Assembly: GCA_050084515.1 (NCBI GenBank)
Contig: CM114271.1
Location: 45,260,001 to 45,324,000 of the forward strand
Direction: 5' to 3'
From: Blasia pusilla
Lineage: Eukaryota
DNA: 64,000 nucleotides
Shown piece after piece: positions 62,070-64,000 of the stretch; within the stretch, counting starts at the first letter, position 1, and every line of letters begins with the position of its first letter. The position numbers were made by a program, and so were the translations under genes. The notes below the pieces were generated by a model that was not told the DNA's origin, ran no database searches, and saw nothing but the letters and a program-made list of their open reading frames with translations.

Positions 62070-63738
62070 CCATCATTGGTGGACGTAATACTACTCTGGA
62101 AGATTCTAACAGGGGAGGGTAGAGTCTAAGTTGTATCTACCTTAGATCATTGTTTCGTTGCTCTCGAGGATATTCATGTACCAAGTACCACACGGAAGGA
62201 TAGAATTGCAAATGGCTGGATTAAGTATCAAAGTATCTTCTTCCTGTGAATCATATCCGTTTTTAAGTTGTAAATAGTTGTCATTGGCTTCTCCTGTGTC
62301 TTTGCGGCTCACATCTACACCTCGTTTTGGACAGTACAACTTTATGCTCAGCAGCATGGACACTGAACTTGTACATTTGATAGTCTAGATAGAAACAGCT
62401 CACCTCGAAGGCCATGGAATCAAATACACTCATAGGAATAGATCTGTATAGCCATTGTAGCTGGGGAGGGTGTAACTTCACTTATTAGGTCTAGATTATG
62501 TCCATAAATTGTACTATGAGCTTGTCAATCAGAACCCTGGCACCAGATTAAAAATCTGCCCATGGAAGGGTCGATACTAGACCGGGCTATATTTTGACCT
62601 CAAATGACGACCGTGCTCTGCTCTCCTTTATCGCTTCTCTTTTCTTCGACACGGCCTGATGTGAAGATGCAACTCTCCTTGCTTAACTAGTTGAGATACG
62701 AGGTTTGCTATGTTGTGAGGGTTCTCGTCTTAGGGGGATTTACAGAGAGATTGTGCAGAGCCGTGCTCATCACCTGTCAAGCACATTTGTCTAGTGGAAA
62801 CTTCTGTGAAACATCCATCCATTTATGATTTATGGGCCCTCTGTTTGGCCGGAGTGCTGGGGCCGTTAGTCAGTGGTGATGAGAGGCTTAGTGAGAAAGT
62901 CGATCTGTCATTTGGATTAGTATCTTCTGGATGAGGTTTTCTACATGGCGTGAGGGTCCTTCGCTCTGTGGTTTTCGACCGTCAAAACATAGGATGAGGC
63001 TCAGTTGGCCCCAGGAGTATCCTTTGCTTCTCAGATTTGGAGGCATGGTAGGCTCTGGCTTCAAGTGGATTCCCTGGGAGCGTCAATGCCTGTCGAGGCT
63101 ATTGTAAGGGACAGAGTTGCAGTGAAACCTTCTCTCCCCACTACTTAGCAGAAGCAAATCTTTCACGTTTAGCGTGCGTTGAACGCGTATCTGTTGTCTT
63201 CTATTCGGATCAGCTTGTATGCGCTTCGCTTCACGTCAGACTTTTGTGTCGACCCTTCGCTGTAAATTGACGAAATCCTGTACGTAAGGGGGTTGCAGAG
63301 TACGAGTGAATTGGAGGCTTATCCCGAATATTCGGGCTGTCGTTGGGGGCTATCGATAGAATGTCTAATTGAATGGTTCAGAGAGGATATCCCCTCGTCT
63401 CGAGTAGTCTGGGATCTTGTAGACAGGACGGGTTATTTACATTCCACTCCAGGTTTATCTGCATGAATGGAAAGATGTCATGAGCTGCAGTGTTCACCAT
63501 GACGCCTTTCTTCATCGGCAGACGTACTTCTTTCTGTGGCGTGGGAGGCAATACCGAAGTAACAGTCGTGATTCCTCTAGCAGACTTCAGGCGAATTTTC
63601 TTGAAGGTCAGTTGGATTTGGCTTTATTGTGCCGGAGCTACGCCAAGATTACAGTCTAGGGAAAGAAGAAACCTCCAGATGCCTCCGATGATCATAGCGA
63701 ACGGGAATATCCTGAACGGATGAATGTGTCGACGACTG

Positions 63739-63817
63739 TTCATCGGTGTATGGTGATGTTACAGGCTCTGTTTGTCTCATCGGCCATTCATCGGTGTATG
63801 GTCATGCTACAGGCTCT
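63739..63817. repeat. 31-bp direct repeat, period 48
   Basis: TTCATCGGTGTATGGT.ATG.TACAGGCTCT at 63739 and 63787. Confidence 0.85.
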
Positions 63818-64000
63818 CGATCGGCGGAGATTTCAATGTGAAAAAGTGCTGCAGGAGTTGATGGAACGGAATATTCCTACTGAGGGATGTTATGCGGATT
63901 TGTGCTGCAGAGTGGAGGCTCTCTGTTGGCACGTTTTATTCCTTTCCTGGGGATCGTCTGGGCCGAAAGGATGATGTTTGTCTACAAGTGAGCTTCAACA

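Noticed and set aside
62876-62960. GTGATGA C-box-like motif
   Set aside because: No suitably placed CTGA D box or terminal stem, so no snoRNA call.

Overview
Eukaryotic, intron-rich land-plant genomic DNA; gene style and transposon repertoire look like a non-seed plant (bryophyte/lycophyte/fern), which is an inference. Four spliced protein-coding genes, all on the + strand, could be rebuilt exon by exon: a two-pore K+ channel (TPK/KCO family, 15156-18160), NEDD1/GCP-WD (24867-30047), PRMT6 (47069-52911) and an ACR9/ACR10-type ACT-domain-repeat protein (59208-62069). The intergenic space is transposon debris: a decayed full-length Ty1/copia LTR element, two copies of a hAT-type MITE, many non-autonomous Helitrons, a foldback element, an LTR-like repeat, and three relics of a CRE-like non-LTR retrotransposon with a restriction-like endonuclease (RLE). 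The most notable observations are the RLE retroelement (one copy with a 9-bp target duplication and no poly(A) tail), two frame-required GC-AG introns, a 5-codon uORF overlapping the ACR start, a GFG second filter in the TPK, and recurrent short perfect hairpins including one downstream of the TPK stop. No rRNA, tRNA or CRISPR array was found. Family assignments come from recalled motifs, not database searches.
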